Shown here: piece by piece, positions 28,081 to 40,172 of the stretch
Layout of the letters: every line of letters starts with the position of its first letter
How positions within the stretch are numbered: position 1 is the stretch's first letter
Origin: an uncultured Lachnospiraceae bacterium
Lineage (GTDB): Bacteria; Bacillota; Clostridia; Lachnospirales; Lachnospiraceae
Assembly (NCBI GenBank): GCA_947167135.1
Contig: CAMVGV010000010.1
Span: forward strand, 2,237 to 66,236
Length of the DNA stretch: 64,000 nucleotides
Direction: 5' to 3'
Notes under the pieces: generated by a model
What the model was told of the DNA's origin: nothing
Database searches by the model: none
The model's input: the letters and a program-made list of their open reading frames with translations, nothing else
Position numbers and translations under genes: made by a program

Positions 28081-28584
28081 ATGGAAACACAGCCTTTAGT
28101 AACGATCATACCCTGGACGTTCATTGCACAGATTCTTAACCTGTTCATCCAGATGTATCTTATAAAGCGCTTCCTTTTCAAGCCGGTAAATGAGATCCTT
28201 GCAAAGAGACAGGCTCTCACCGATAAGGAGATAAGCGACGCGAGGGAAGCAAAGGCTGACGCCGACAAGATACGCGAGGAATATGAAGGTCAGATGGCCG
28301 GCGCAAAGGCCGAAGCAAACAAGATAATCTCTGATGCCAAGAAAGATGCACAGGATCAGGCGGACAAGATGATAAAGGATGCCGAAACTGCTGCCCATGA
28401 CATAAAGGCAAAGGCTGAGGCCGACATCGAACAGGAAAAAAAGAAGGCGATCAACGAAGCCAAGGATCAGATCGGCGGACTTGCCATGGATATCGCAGGC
28501 AAGGTCGTTGAAAAAGAAATCAGGGAAGAGGATCACAGAAAGCTTATTGATGATTTCATAAGCAAAGTCGGGGAGGCATCATGA
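28081..28584 (+). CDS. atpF: F0F1 ATP synthase subunit b
   Basis: An N-terminal TM followed by a long charged helix (AKAEA/KK-rich), at the expected operon position. Confidence 0.88.
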   Translation: METQPLVTIIPWTFIAQILNLFIQMYLIKRFLFKPVNEILAKRQALTDKEISDAREAKADADKIREEYEGQMAGAKAEANKIISDAKKDAQDQADKMIKDAETAAHDIKAKAEADIEQEKKKAINEAKDQIGGLAMDIAGKVVEKEIREEDHRKLIDDFISKVGEAS

Positions 28585-29120
28585 CAAAAGCCGGAGAAAT
28601 ATACGGAAAGAGCCTCTATGATCTCTCCCGCAGCGAAAACCTCACGGATCGCATTCTCCCGGAGATGGAGACCGTAAAGGGTATATTCAGTGAGAACCCT
28701 GATTATGTCAGGCTTTTGTCCGAGCCCTCCATTCCGAAAAAGGAGCGTCTTGGTTTACTGGATGAAGCCTTCACGGACAGTATCCACACCTACCTTCTGA
28801 ATTTCATAAAGATCCTTACGGAAAAGGGGATCTTACGGGAATTTTCGGCCTGCTTCAAAACCTTCCGCAAGCTCTACAATGATGAGCACGGGATCAGCGA
28901 CGCAGTGGTGGTGAGCCCCAACGGCCTGAGTGCCGATGAACGCACAAAGCTTACCGAGAAGCTTCAGAAGATCACAGGTAAGAAGATCATCCTTTCAGAA
29001 AAAAAGGATCCTGCGGTGCTTGGCGGCATAAAGGTTCTTGTGGATGACAAGCTTTATGACGGCACGGTTCAGGGACGCTTAAATGAGCTTAAACGCAGGG
29101 TAGACGAGACAGTCATATAG
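28581..29120 (+). CDS. atpH: F0F1 ATP synthase subunit delta
   Basis: OSCP-like, 179 aa, ending ..[26 protein letters not shown]. Confidence 0.88.
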   Translation: MTKAGEIYGKSLYDLSRSENLTDRILPEMETVKGIFSENPDYVRLLSEPSIPKKERLGLLDEAFTDSIHTYLLNFIKILTEKGILREFSACFKTFRKLYNDEHGISDAVVVSPNGLSADERTKLTEKLQKITGKKIILSEKKDPAVLGGIKVLVDDKLYDGTVQGRLNELKRRVDETVI

Positions 29121-29133
29121 GAGAAGACTAGTA

Positions 29134-30660
29134 ATGGAATTAAAACCGGAAAAGATATCCGAGGTCATTAGAAGCCAGATAAAGAATTATCAGAGCGCCA
29201 TTATCCAGAATGAAACCGGTTCGGTTCTGACCGTTGGAGACGGTATCGCCCGTGTCAGCGGGCTGCAGAGCTGTATGTCGGGAGAGCTTCTGGAATTTGA
29301 GAACGGCACCTTCGGAATGGCTCAGAACCTCGAGGAAACAGTTGTTTCAGCAGTTTTATTCGGTGAAGACACCGGAATCAATGAAGGTCAGACCGTAAAG
29401 CGCACGGGCAGGGTCGTTTCCGTTCCCGTGGGTGAAGGAATGATCGGGCGTGTAGTAAACGCCATCGGGCAGCCCATAGACGGTGCGGGTCCCATAGAAT
29501 CTGACGAGTACCGTCCCGTGGAGTCACCGGCTCCCGGAATAATCGACAGACAGCCCGTTAAGGAACCCCTTCAGACTGGAATCAAGGCTATCGACTCCAT
29601 GATCCCTATCGGAAGAGGACAGCGTGAGCTTATTATCGGTGACCGTCAGACGGGAAAGACCAGTATCGCCATGGATACCATCCTGAATCAGAAGGGACAG
29701 GATGTCATCTGTATTTATGTGGCTATCGGACAGAAGAGATCCACCGTAACAAGCCTTGCAGCTGATCTGAAGGCGGGCGGCGCGATGGATTACACCATCA
29801 TAGTTGCGGCTACCGCTTCGGAGCCCAGTCCTCTTCAGTACATTGCTCCCTATTCAGGCTGCGCTATGGGCGAGTACTTTATGAATAAAGGTAAGCACGT
29901 ACTCATCATCTATGATGATCTTTCAAAGCATGCGGTTGCTTACAGGGCACTTTCGCTTCTTATCCGCAGACCCCCCGGCCGTGAGGCATATCCGGGAGAC
30001 GTTTTCTATCTGCATTCCAGACTTCTGGAGCGTGCAGCCAAGCTTTCGGATGAAAAGGGAGGCGGCTCACTTACAGCACTTCCCGTTATCGAAACCCAGG
30101 CGGGTGACGTTTCAGCCTATATCCCTACCAACGTTATCTCCATAACGGACGGACAGATATTCCTGGAAACAGAGCTTTTCCACTCAGGCATCATGCCTGC
30201 CGTTAACCCCGGTATCTCTGTTTCCCGTGTAGGAGGTAATGCGCAGATAAAGGCCATGAAGAAGGTTGCGGGAACACTGAAGCTGGTTTATTCCCAGTAC
30301 AGAGAACTGCAGAGCTTTGCGCAGTTCGGTTCTGATCTGGACGAGGACACCAAGTCCCGTCTTGCACAGGGCGAACGTATAGTGGAGGTTCTGAAGCAGG
30401 ACAAGAGCCAGCCTGTCAGCGTTGAAAAGCAGGTTGCCATACTTTACGCTGTTATAAATAATATCCTTATGGATGTAAACGTTGCCGATATCAAGGAATA
30501 CGAGGCAGGACTCTTTGAATTCCTGGACAGCGATGCCGACGGAAAGGCAGCAATGTCTGCGATCAGAGAGACCGGCAAGCTCGAAGGTGAGGCCGAGGAG
30601 AAGCTTAAGTCCGCCCTCGATACCTATACTGCAGATTTCATTAAAAAGAAAACGGCTTAA
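29134..30660 (+). CDS. atpA: F0F1 ATP synthase subunit alpha
   Basis: [12 protein letters not shown]-loop and full-length alpha-subunit similarity. Confidence 0.96.
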   Translation: MELKPEKISEVIRSQIKNYQSAIIQNETGSVLTVGDGIARVSGLQSCMSGELLEFENGTFGMAQNLEETVVSAVLFGEDTGINEGQTVKRTGRVVSVPVGEGMIGRVVNAIGQPIDGAGPIESDEYRPVESPAPGIIDRQPVKEPLQTGIKAIDSMIPIGRGQRELIIGDRQTGKTSIAMDTILNQKGQDVICIYVAIGQKRSTVTSLAADLKAGGAMDYTIIVAATASEPSPLQYIAPYSGCAMGEYFMNKGKHVLIIYDDLSKHAVAYRALSLLIRRPPGREAYPGDVFYLHSRLLERAAKLSDEKGGGSLTALPVIETQAGDVSAYIPTNVISITDGQIFLETELFHSGIMPAVNPGISVSRVGGNAQIKAMKKVAGTLKLVYSQYRELQSFAQFGSDLDEDTKSRLAQGERIVEVLKQDKSQPVSVEKQVAILYAVINNILMDVNVADIKEYEAGLFEFLDSDADGKAAMSAIRETGKLEGEAEEKLKSALDTYTADFIKKKTA

Positions 30661-30672
30661 AGGAGGAACTAC

Positions 30673-32959
<2,287 letters not shown>

Positions 32960-32972
32960 GGGGGATTGACTA

Positions 32973-33383
32973 ATGTCTGCCTATCAGCTTGATGTGGTTT
33001 CAATGGACGGACCGGAATTCTCCGGAAATGTACAGAAGCTGCTTCTTAGAACCATAGCGGGAGATGTGGAAATACTTGCCCGGCATATGAATTACTGTAC
33101 CTCCATCGGAATGGGCACAGCCCATGTTGTTATGGAGGACGGAACCGAGAGAACGGCTGCCTGTATCGGCGGCATGCTCTCCGTGATGAACGGAACCTGC
33201 CGTGTTCTCCCCACAACCTGGGAATGGAGTGATGAAATAGATCTGGACAGGGCAAAGGCTGCAAAGGAAAAGGCCGAAAAGGCTTTGAATGACGCAAAGC
33301 TTGATGCTGAAGCCAGAGTACGTGCCCAGGCAAAGCTCTACCGGGCTCTTGTCCGGATAGGAAGCGCATCTTCAGGAAAATAA
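32973..33383 (+). CDS. atpC: F0F1 ATP synthase subunit epsilon
   Basis: 136 aa with a beta-sandwich plus helical-hairpin pattern. It is the last canonical atp gene. Confidence 0.9.
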   Translation: MSAYQLDVVSMDGPEFSGNVQKLLLRTIAGDVEILARHMNYCTSIGMGTAHVVMEDGTERTAACIGGMLSVMNGTCRVLPTTWEWSDEIDLDRAKAAKEKAEKALNDAKLDAEARVRAQAKLYRALVRIGSASSGK

Positions 33384-33386
33384 GTA

Positions 33387-33863
33387 ATGGATAAGCCTAT
33401 ACTCTACAGGAAACGCATAATACCCGAGGAGTGCATTCCGTTAAAGGATGACATCGTTATCTATGCCAATGAGCGTATAATCGTGACCTCCTGGAATACA
33501 CTGCATCCCAAGGATGAATTTGACCACGGGTATTCATGCTACTTCCTGCAGGAAGGCTATAAGGTAAGCCGCTTTCTTCGTTCTGACAATTCCCTTGTTT
33601 ACTGGTACTGCGACATCATAGACTACGAGTACCGGGAAAGCGACAATGCCTATATTTTCAGAGATCTTCTGGCAGATGTGATCGTTATGCCGGACGGCTT
33701 TGTGAAAGTCGTTGATCTGGATGAATTCGAACAGGCGCTGGAATCCGGCACACTCGATGAACTCGATGTGCGCCGTGCTCTCCGCTCCTTATCCAAGCTT
33801 CTGAATATAATATATGACGGTCATTTTGAAAGTCTGACCCGGGAAATAACCATGCGGATATAA
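33387..33863 (+). CDS. DUF402-family protein (possible nucleoside tri/diphosphatase, Ntdp/FomD-like)
   Basis: ...YWYCDIIDYEY...FRDLLADVIVMPDGFVKVVDLDEFEQA... resembles the DUF402 metal-binding Asp pattern. It starts 3 nt after atpC. Confidence 0.55.
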   Translation: MDKPILYRKRIIPEECIPLKDDIVIYANERIIVTSWNTLHPKDEFDHGYSCYFLQEGYKVSRFLRSDNSLVYWYCDIIDYEYRESDNAYIFRDLLADVIVMPDGFVKVVDLDEFEQALESGTLDELDVRRALRSLSKLLNIIYDGHFESLTREITMRI

Positions 33864-33868
33864 GCTTT

Positions 33869-34135
33869 TCACGCCCACTGTCCGCCGGAATTCAATAGTC
33901 CCTTATCTCTTCCCGTTACCTTACCTACTTCCGGAGTTCTGTTTCCGGCAACTCCTGCGTTCTTTCCCCCAAGGAGCAGAGGATCCACGCCTGTATCACC
34001 ACTCATAATGGCATTCTGCGGATTTACGTTATCCTCTCCATCCCTGTGGACAAGGTCATTCATAATGATCACACCGCCGCTTACATTCTCAAGCTCTGTG
34101 TCTTCGATCTTCTCTATATTCTTATTATCCCTCAT
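33869..34135 (-). CDS. Small protein with double-glycine (GG) type leader peptide
   Basis: MRDNKNIEKIEDTELENVSGG|VIIMNDLV.... The leader fits the GG-leader consensus: Gly -1/-2, Val -4, Leu -7, Glu -8, Ile -12, Ile -15. The 67-aa Gly-rich hydrophilic core has no Cys. A weak AAAGGA SD sits 9 nt upstream. Confidence 0.55.
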   Translation of the reverse strand: MRDNKNIEKIEDTELENVSGGVIIMNDLVHRDGEDNVNPQNAIMSGDTGVDPLLLGGKNAGVAGNRTPEVGKVTGRDKGLLNSGGQWA

Positions 34136-34167
34136 ATTCGTACGTCCTTTCTCTTCTAATGCTTGTT

Positions 34168-34328
34168 AAAGATCCTTCGCTGACGCTCAGGATGACAAGG
34201 GTTTCTCAAGATCCTTCACTGGCGCTCAGGATGACATTGCTCCTTGAAAGATCCTTCGCTGGCGCTCAGGATGACAAGGGTTTCTCAAGATCCTTCGCTG
34301 GCGCTCAGGATGACAAGGGTTCCTCTCA
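34168..34328. repeat. REP-like array, 4 direct copies of a unit of about 40 nt
   Basis: AAGATCCTTCGCTG(A/G)CGCTCAGGATGACAAGGGTTTCTC repeated four times between the GG-leader ORF and the 3' end of the hydrolase gene. Confidence 0.88.
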
Positions 34329-34392
34329 GTGATATATACGAATACAGCTTCAAAGATGGCAGCTCCTGATCAAAATTTCCGGAAAATTTTAC

Positions 34393-35796
34393 TCAGGCGT
34401 CATTTTCCTCTACAGCTTCCCCGCCTTCATCATCATTTGTTTCTTCCTCCTGCTGCTCCTCAGGCTGCTCTTCAGGCTCTTCCTCATCTACGGAAACATC
34501 CTCTTCATCCGATTCTTCTTCCGTATATTCCTCTTCCTCTTCCTCATCGGAATCTTCGGGTTTCTTCGCATTTTCAAGAGTTTCGTCCGCTGTTCCGTAG
34601 CCTGAGTACTTGCCGGTCCAGTAGAGATAGAATACATGATGTCCGATTATGGTACCCTTGATCCCCGGAACTATAGTCCGGAAGAACAGACATTCACCTA
34701 TATTATTTTCGCCGTTCATTGCAGCCCGCGCAGCCTTATAGCATTCGGCATTCGCCCCCTGGGAGAGGACTATCGCAAAACGTCCGCTGGTAACCGGCTC
34801 AAACTGTCCCGACTGGTAGATAACCCCGGTAATAGTATTGGGAAAGGCTCCGCTCATTACTCGGTTCATAACAACCGCTCCCACTGCCACCTTTCCGGCC
34901 CAGGGCTCTCCGCCTGCCTCGCACTGTATAAGCGCTGCCAGCATATCCTCTTCCCCTGCACCTATGGTCACCTCGTCCAGGGAACGTTTCTTCATCTTTT
35001 CGGACAGCCTTGCCAGCTCTTCTTCCTTTTTCAGCTGCTCCTTCAGCGCACTGACAGTATTTCTGGCCGCAATAAGCTTTGCCTCATAGGCAAGAGCCTC
35101 CGCCTCCGCAACGGAAATCTCTCCTGCATAGGCGGTAATGGAGTTTCTGGTATTGTCAACCAGCTCCTGAACCCTGTTCTGCTCTGCAGCGGCATCCTCA
35201 CGGAGAGAATCAAGCTCGGTCTTCTCCTTTTCAAGCTCAGCCTTCTGCTTCTTTATTTCGCTGATCTGCTCCTTATAATGCTCCAGCATTTCATGGTCAT
35301 ACTGATTGACCCTGGAAATATATTCCGCCCGGTTCAGGAAATCACTGAAATTCGAGGTCTGGAAAAAGAGCTCCAGATAGCTTTCCTTCCCCTTCTCATA
35401 CTGGGTACGTATCCTGGCCTTTATATACTTATACTGCTTTTTTGCCTCTTCCTCGGCCTCTTCCAGGGCAGCGCCGGCATCATCGATCTCCTGTTCCTTT
35501 TTCCGGATATCCTCTTCTATATCCCCGAGCTTGTCCGATACGTTCTCAAGCTTATTATTGAGGTCCGAAAGATTACTCTTTAATTCACTCTGGGTATCCT
35601 TAAGGTCATCCAGCCTGTCTTCTGTTTCATCCAGCCTGTCCTCTGTCTCCTCCTCGGTCTTCTTAGCTTCCTCCAGCTTTTCCGAGGTAGACTTCTCGGC
35701 GTAAACGGGTGAAAGCCCTCCTACCGCTGCAGAAAAGACAAAGGTGAGGGCTATCGACGAAAATATGAGTTTTTTCAATGCTTTACGGAATCTCAA
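34393..35796 (-). CDS. Cell wall hydrolase (SleB/Hydrolase_2 family) with N-terminal coiled coil and acidic C-terminal tail
   Basis: Signal peptide and a long coiled-coil region of about 230 aa. The motif is CEAGGEPWAGKVAVGAVVMNRVMSGAFPNTITGVIYQSGQFEPV (Hydrolase_2). The tail is DSDEEEEEEYTEEESDEED. Confidence 0.8.
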   Translation of the reverse strand: MRFRKALKKLIFSSIALTFVFSAAVGGLSPVYAEKSTSEKLEEAKKTEEETEDRLDETEDRLDDLKDTQSELKSNLSDLNNKLENVSDKLGDIEEDIRKKEQEIDDAGAALEEAEEEAKKQYKYIKARIRTQYEKGKESYLELFFQTSNFSDFLNRAEYISRVNQYDHEMLEHYKEQISEIKKQKAELEKEKTELDSLREDAAAEQNRVQELVDNTRNSITAYAGEISVAEAEALAYEAKLIAARNTVSALKEQLKKEEELARLSEKMKKRSLDEVTIGAGEEDMLAALIQCEAGGEPWAGKVAVGAVVMNRVMSGAFPNTITGVIYQSGQFEPVTSGRFAIVLSQGANAECYKAARAAMNGENNIGECLFFRTIVPGIKGTIIGHHVFYLYWTGKYSGYGTADETLENAKKPEDSDEEEEEEYTEEESDEEDVSVDEEEPEEQPEEQQEEETNDDEGGEAVEENDA

Positions 35797-35798
35797 AT

Positions 35799-36236
35799 TC
35801 AGATACCTTCTTCCATCTCTCTGATACGACGGATATGCCGCTCACCTTCCGAAAAATCCTCATTTAAGAAGGTGTCGGTAATGGCGGCTGCCAGCCCGGG
35901 GCCCACAATATTGGCTCCGAGTGCCAGTACATTGGCATCATTATGCAGTCTCGTCATCTTTGCCATAAGCTCATTCGTGCAGAGTGCTGCTCTTATGCCC
36001 TTTACCTTATTCGCCGCGATCGATATGCCGATACCGGTGGTACAGATCACTATCCCTCTTTCCGCTTCACCTCCGGCAACAGAATGAGCTACTGCATGCC
36101 CGTATACGGGATAATCGCAGGACTCTTTATCATAGCAGCCCTTATCTATTACGGAAATATTTTGTTCCTCAAGATGCTTTTTTATATACTCCTTCAGATC
36201 GTATCCGCCATGGTCACTTCCTATTGCTACCGTCAT
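35799..36236 (-). CDS. rpiB: Ribose-5-phosphate isomerase B
   Basis: MTVAIGSDHGGYDLKEYIKKHL...CTTGIGISIAANKVKGIRAA, the RpiB/LacAB family signature. Confidence 0.92.
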   Translation of the reverse strand: MTVAIGSDHGGYDLKEYIKKHLEEQNISVIDKGCYDKESCDYPVYGHAVAHSVAGGEAERGIVICTTGIGISIAANKVKGIRAALCTNELMAKMTRLHNDANVLALGANIVGPGLAAAITDTFLNEDFSEGERHIRRIREMEEGI

Positions 36237-36266
36237 TTTGATGCTCCTTTCAATATTAAAGATCGC

Positions 36267-37325
36267 CTAACATTCTATGATCTTGTGTCCCGCTGCCCGT
36301 ATCAGGCGGTTCATTATGGCCATACCCATATCAGCGGTGTTAAATTCCTCTGTATAGATAAGATCCGCTCCCTCGTCATCCATATCCCGCAGGACCTTAA
36401 AGAGATTCTTCGCTATACTCTCTTCATCCTGCCTGGAACCTAAGGACCTGACAATGTCCGCCCTGTAATCATTTACTGTCTCATCGGAAGACAGAACCGC
36501 AGTTCTCAGACCCTTCTTTGTTCCCTCCAGGCAGAGAGAATTTATCCTCTCCCTGACTCTGTCCGGATCCCCCTTTACTATGTACAGCTCGCCCTTCGGG
36601 GCATAATGCCTGTACTTCATCCCCGGTGCCTTTGGATGGGCATTTTCATCCATTACACCCTCAATGGACGGATCCGTATCCACCTCACCGATCTTTTCCA
36701 TGAGCCTATTTAAGCTGATATACCCGGGACGGAGTAGACAGGGTCTGTCACCGGAAAGATCCACTATGGTGGACTCAAGCCCTATGCCTACCTCCCCGCC
36801 GTCTATGATCAAGGGAATCTTTCCCTTCATATCCTCATAAACATGCTCCGCCGTGGTGCAGCTCGGCCTGCCCGAGGCATTGGCGCTGGGCGCTGCTATA
36901 TACCCTCCGGAAGCCCGAATGAATTCAGCGGCGATACGGTTTACCGGCATTCTGACCGCCACCGTATCCAATCCCCCTGTGGTTTCCCGGGGAACAGCAC
37001 TGCTTTTCTTAAAGATAAGTGTAAGAGGTCCCGGCCAGAATGCCTCCATCAGAATTCCGGCCTTTTCCGGTATCTCCGTAACTATTCTGTCTAACGCCGC
37101 CCTCTCCGCTATGTGGACGATCAGCGGATTATCGGAGGGTCTGCCCTTGGCCTCGTATATCTTTTTCGCGGAGGCCGGATTCAAGGCATCTCCCGCAAGA
37201 CCATAAACGGTTTCAGTGGGGATCGCCACCAGCTCTCCTCCCCTGATAAGCCTTCCTGCCTCTTCCATCAGGCTCCGGTCACGCTCCTCGTCCCCCCAGG
37301 CTCTGATCACTCTGGTTTCCATCAT
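36267..37325 (-). CDS. tsaC: L-threonylcarbamoyladenylate synthase (Sua5/YwlC type, with C-terminal Sua5 domain)
   Basis: A YrdC domain (GELVAIPTETVYGLAGDALN, KGRPSDNPLIVH) plus a C-terminal domain of about 130 aa. Confidence 0.88.
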   Translation of the reverse strand: MMETRVIRAWGDEERDRSLMEEAGRLIRGGELVAIPTETVYGLAGDALNPASAKKIYEAKGRPSDNPLIVHIAERAALDRIVTEIPEKAGILMEAFWPGPLTLIFKKSSAVPRETTGGLDTVAVRMPVNRIAAEFIRASGGYIAAPSANASGRPSCTTAEHVYEDMKGKIPLIIDGGEVGIGLESTIVDLSGDRPCLLRPGYISLNRLMEKIGEVDTDPSIEGVMDENAHPKAPGMKYRHYAPKGELYIVKGDPDRVRERINSLCLEGTKKGLRTAVLSSDETVNDYRADIVRSLGSRQDEESIAKNLFKVLRDMDDEGADLIYTEEFNTADMGMAIMNRLIRAAGHKIIEC

Positions 37326-39175
37326 TCGGAGGCTCCGTCCTGATCACCTGCAGCATCTACAGTATTTGCTGTTTCTGCATTATCCGCATTGTTCGCTGCA
37401 TAAGCTGCTATATCATCCCACACCGACTCATCCTCAAGCCCCAGCTTCCAGAAGGCCGCACCCGCCAGATGATAGCCGTCCATAATACTGAGCTTCGCAT
37501 TCATTGATTCTTCATCCTCCAGCCATATCCTGACAAGGGCTCCGTCGCTCTCATACTCTCCGTAGTTACAGCCGGCACCATCATCCCATGACGGGGTCAC
37601 ACCGTGAGACGAAAGGAGCTCCGAAGCTTCCTTCATTGGAGCGGCGTGAGTACCCTCCACAGCTCCGTTCTTCGTTTCCCATACCCGGCTGTAGAAGGGA
37701 AGCCCGTTTATCACCTTTGCGGCGTCCACCTCCTGCAGCGTTTTCTCTATGCCATTCTCCACAAAATCAAGAGAGGCCACCGGCCCTGCCTCGGATGAGG
37801 CCGCATTATATTCATCATAACCCATGATCACAACATAATCACATACACGTCCCTGAACTCCCCTGTAATAATGCATGGAGTGGGCTTCCGGAACGTAATT
37901 GTCAACCGACAGGATAAGTCCCGCATTATGGGAGGCCACGGAAAGCTCCTTTATAAACTGGGCAAAGGACACGCCCGTTTCACCGGACAGTCTCTCGAAG
38001 TCCACATTGATACCGTCTGCTCCGCATTCCTTTACACTGTTTACAAGTGCCTCTGTCAGAACCTGTCTCTTTGAGCTATGGCTCAGAACATCGAAGGAAC
38101 CGCTTTCCGACTTGAAGTCCATGCAGTTGAAATTGTCAATAACAGGCCACACCTGCTTCCCGGCTTCATGCGCCGCCTTCACATATTCTCCCGATGAAAG
38201 ATCCGTTATCCCGCCTTCCGTATCTTTGAGACTGTACCAGGTCGGTGAAAGCACGTTTATGGATGAATCTTTGATCAGGATATCATAAACACCCTGATTG
38301 GCATCCTTATTCATAACCTGATGCCACCCGAGTATGATCTTCTGATTGAAACGGGTTGAGGGGAATTCCATTTCCGGCACATTCCCCGGAACGCTGTCCT
38401 CCTCATCCGTATAGTCGTCCAGGCTCTTATTAACCACATATCCGGTGAGGCCGTCCGCTGCCTGTACCCTTGAAAATTCGCTGCCGGCGTCGATCACCCT
38501 GACATGTTCATTCTTTTCCAGAATGGAAAGCACATCGCTTTTCTTATTGTCGCTAAGGTAGAGCGCCGCCTTCTTTGCAGTCACCGCCGATGAATACCTG
38601 CCCCGGGAATTCCGGATGTAGACATAGGGTGCATCAGCGTCAAGCTCCTCCCTGTATTCCAGATCAGTGTATTTCCTTACCAGCTCCGATGAAAGGCAGA
38701 AAACGCCGTTTATTATCTTTGCATCACTTCCGAGCTCGGTTCTTTCTGTGCCCTCCGGTGTGGTGTACAGCACGATCCCCTCATTTTCGTCATAATAGAA
38801 CCAGTCATTCAGTTCGGAACGTGTATAGTCATAAGGCAGGAATACCCTGCTTCCCTCCAGACAGGCTTTGTACTCCGTTTCATAGCGGTCATTAAGTACG
38901 ATCCCGGCCTCATTTGCTTCCAGACCCCCGAAGAGTGAAGCAATATCTGCATTAACCTCCACACCCTTCAGATCATCCAGAGAGCCTCTTACGAATATCA
39001 GAAATATCCCGGTGATAAGCAAAAGCCCCAGAATAACGGGGAAGAGTATACGAACCAGTGCGGTTCCTCCCCGGCTTTTCCTTTTCCCTTTTCTGCTCCT
39101 GCGTTCAACCCTTTTTTTTACTGTTTCTATATCTTCTATTTCAAGATCGTCAAAATCCTTGTCGTCTAATCTCAT
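37322..39175 (-). CDS. Membrane-anchored glycoside hydrolase family 18-like protein with SH3-like domain (YdhD/YaaH-like peptidoglycan hydrolase)
   Basis: An N-terminal basic region plus a TM. An SH3_3-like segment (HVRVIDAGSEFSRVQAADGLTGYVVNKSL). A GH18 core with the catalytic-type motif ADGINVDFE. Confidence 0.75.
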   Translation of the reverse strand: MRLDDKDFDDLEIEDIETVKKRVERRSRKGKRKSRGGTALVRILFPVILGLLLITGIFLIFVRGSLDDLKGVEVNADIASLFGGLEANEAGIVLNDRYETEYKACLEGSRVFLPYDYTRSELNDWFYYDENEGIVLYTTPEGTERTELGSDAKIINGVFCLSSELVRKYTDLEYREELDADAPYVYIRNSRGRYSSAVTAKKAALYLSDNKKSDVLSILEKNEHVRVIDAGSEFSRVQAADGLTGYVVNKSLDDYTDEEDSVPGNVPEMEFPSTRFNQKIILGWHQVMNKDANQGVYDILIKDSSINVLSPTWYSLKDTEGGITDLSSGEYVKAAHEAGKQVWPVIDNFNCMDFKSESGSFDVLSHSSKRQVLTEALVNSVKECGADGINVDFERLSGETGVSFAQFIKELSVASHNAGLILSVDNYVPEAHSMHYYRGVQGRVCDYVVIMGYDEYNAASSEAGPVASLDFVENGIEKTLQEVDAAKVINGLPFYSRVWETKNGAVEGTHAAPMKEASELLSSHGVTPSWDDGAGCNYGEYESDGALVRIWLEDEESMNAKLSIMDGYHLAGAAFWKLGLEDESVWDDIAAYAANNADNAETANTVDAAGDQDGASE

Positions 39176-39292
39176 AGGTTGTATTGTATCACAATCATCT
39201 TATGTAAAACAGCCCTCTGTACAAGTCATCAGCATTTGGGGCGCCTGTGGATATAAGAAGTACAAAGGGCTGTACCGTTTCAGGGCTTAGTC

Positions 39293-39517
39293 CTAAAGAT
39301 CATCCACCCTGTCAAACCTGATCTCCGACAGAAGACCTCTGTCGTCTTCGACATAATCAGCCATATAGCTTTTCCCGCTTTCCATCACTGTCCTCACGGT
39401 CTGCTCGGGAGACAGGGGCTCGTTCTGGACGAAAAGCCTGATCCCGTTGTTCGCGTAATAGCTTAGGGTGGACAGCAGGTTTAGTTTACTGCTATGAATA
39501 CTGCCATTATTATTCAT
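39293..39517 (-). CDS. Hypothetical small protein (74 aa)
   Basis: An ORF with an AGGGGAAG SD 4-5 nt upstream. I recognise no motif. It is preceded by an unassigned leader of about 350 nt. Confidence 0.4.
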   Translation of the reverse strand: MNNNGSIHSSKLNLLSTLSYYANNGIRLFVQNEPLSPEQTVRTVMESGKSYMADYVEDDRGLLSEIRFDRVDDL

Positions 39518-39899
39518 TTTCTTCCCCTTCCGGTATAATTTGCGGTTTACCGCGTTTCCCGGGGCTCCGCATAAGGAAGAGTGTGATATATCCGTAAAGC
39601 TGCATAGACCCCGGTACCCTCATAAAGATTATGGGAAGGACTGACTGGATGCATCCTGCAGTGATCAGATCATTAAGAAGTTAAGATTCTTCATGGAAAT
39701 GCCGATAATAAGTAAAAGAAAAAGTACTCGCCATTTGTTCATTTGGAAAATTTCCGGAAACCGGAATGAAACGACCTGAGCCGCAGTGTAGCTGACCCCC
39801 TCTCCGCATCCGAAGAAATGTGATTCGTCAGCCGACCCGTGAAATGAATTATACATCAATAATGGTAAATGACAAGTACTAAATTAAGAACAATTACCA

Positions 39900-39995
39900 A
39901 AGATTCTTCGGGCTACGCCCTCAGAATGGTAAAACGTCCGGTGGACGTTTTACGACCCCGTTTACGAGCGCTATGCGCGAGTGGGGGCCGCACAG
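39900..39995. repeat. REP-like unit plus hairpin module
   Basis: GATTCTTCGGGCTACGCCCTCAGAATGG, then the hairpin GTAAAACGTCC-GGT-GGACGTTTTAC, then a GC-rich tail. Confidence 0.75.
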
Positions 39996-40172
39996 GAGAG
40001 TTAAACAGCTTCGAATTATTAAAAAATTCTAATTTGTCACCATTTCGCTTGACTATATATAAAAAATGGTATAAAACTTACAAGATAACTAAAACTAAGG
40101 AGCTGTTAATAAATAATTTTACAATGTGAAGTTTTATTTATGAACAGATCTAAGGAAGGACAGGTGCGTCAT

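Noticed and set aside
39869-40129. 86-aa plus-strand ORF upstream of mecA
   Set aside because: It runs through a REP unit and the AT-rich mecA promoter region, has no SD, and gives a sequence that looks like translated repeat and promoter DNA.
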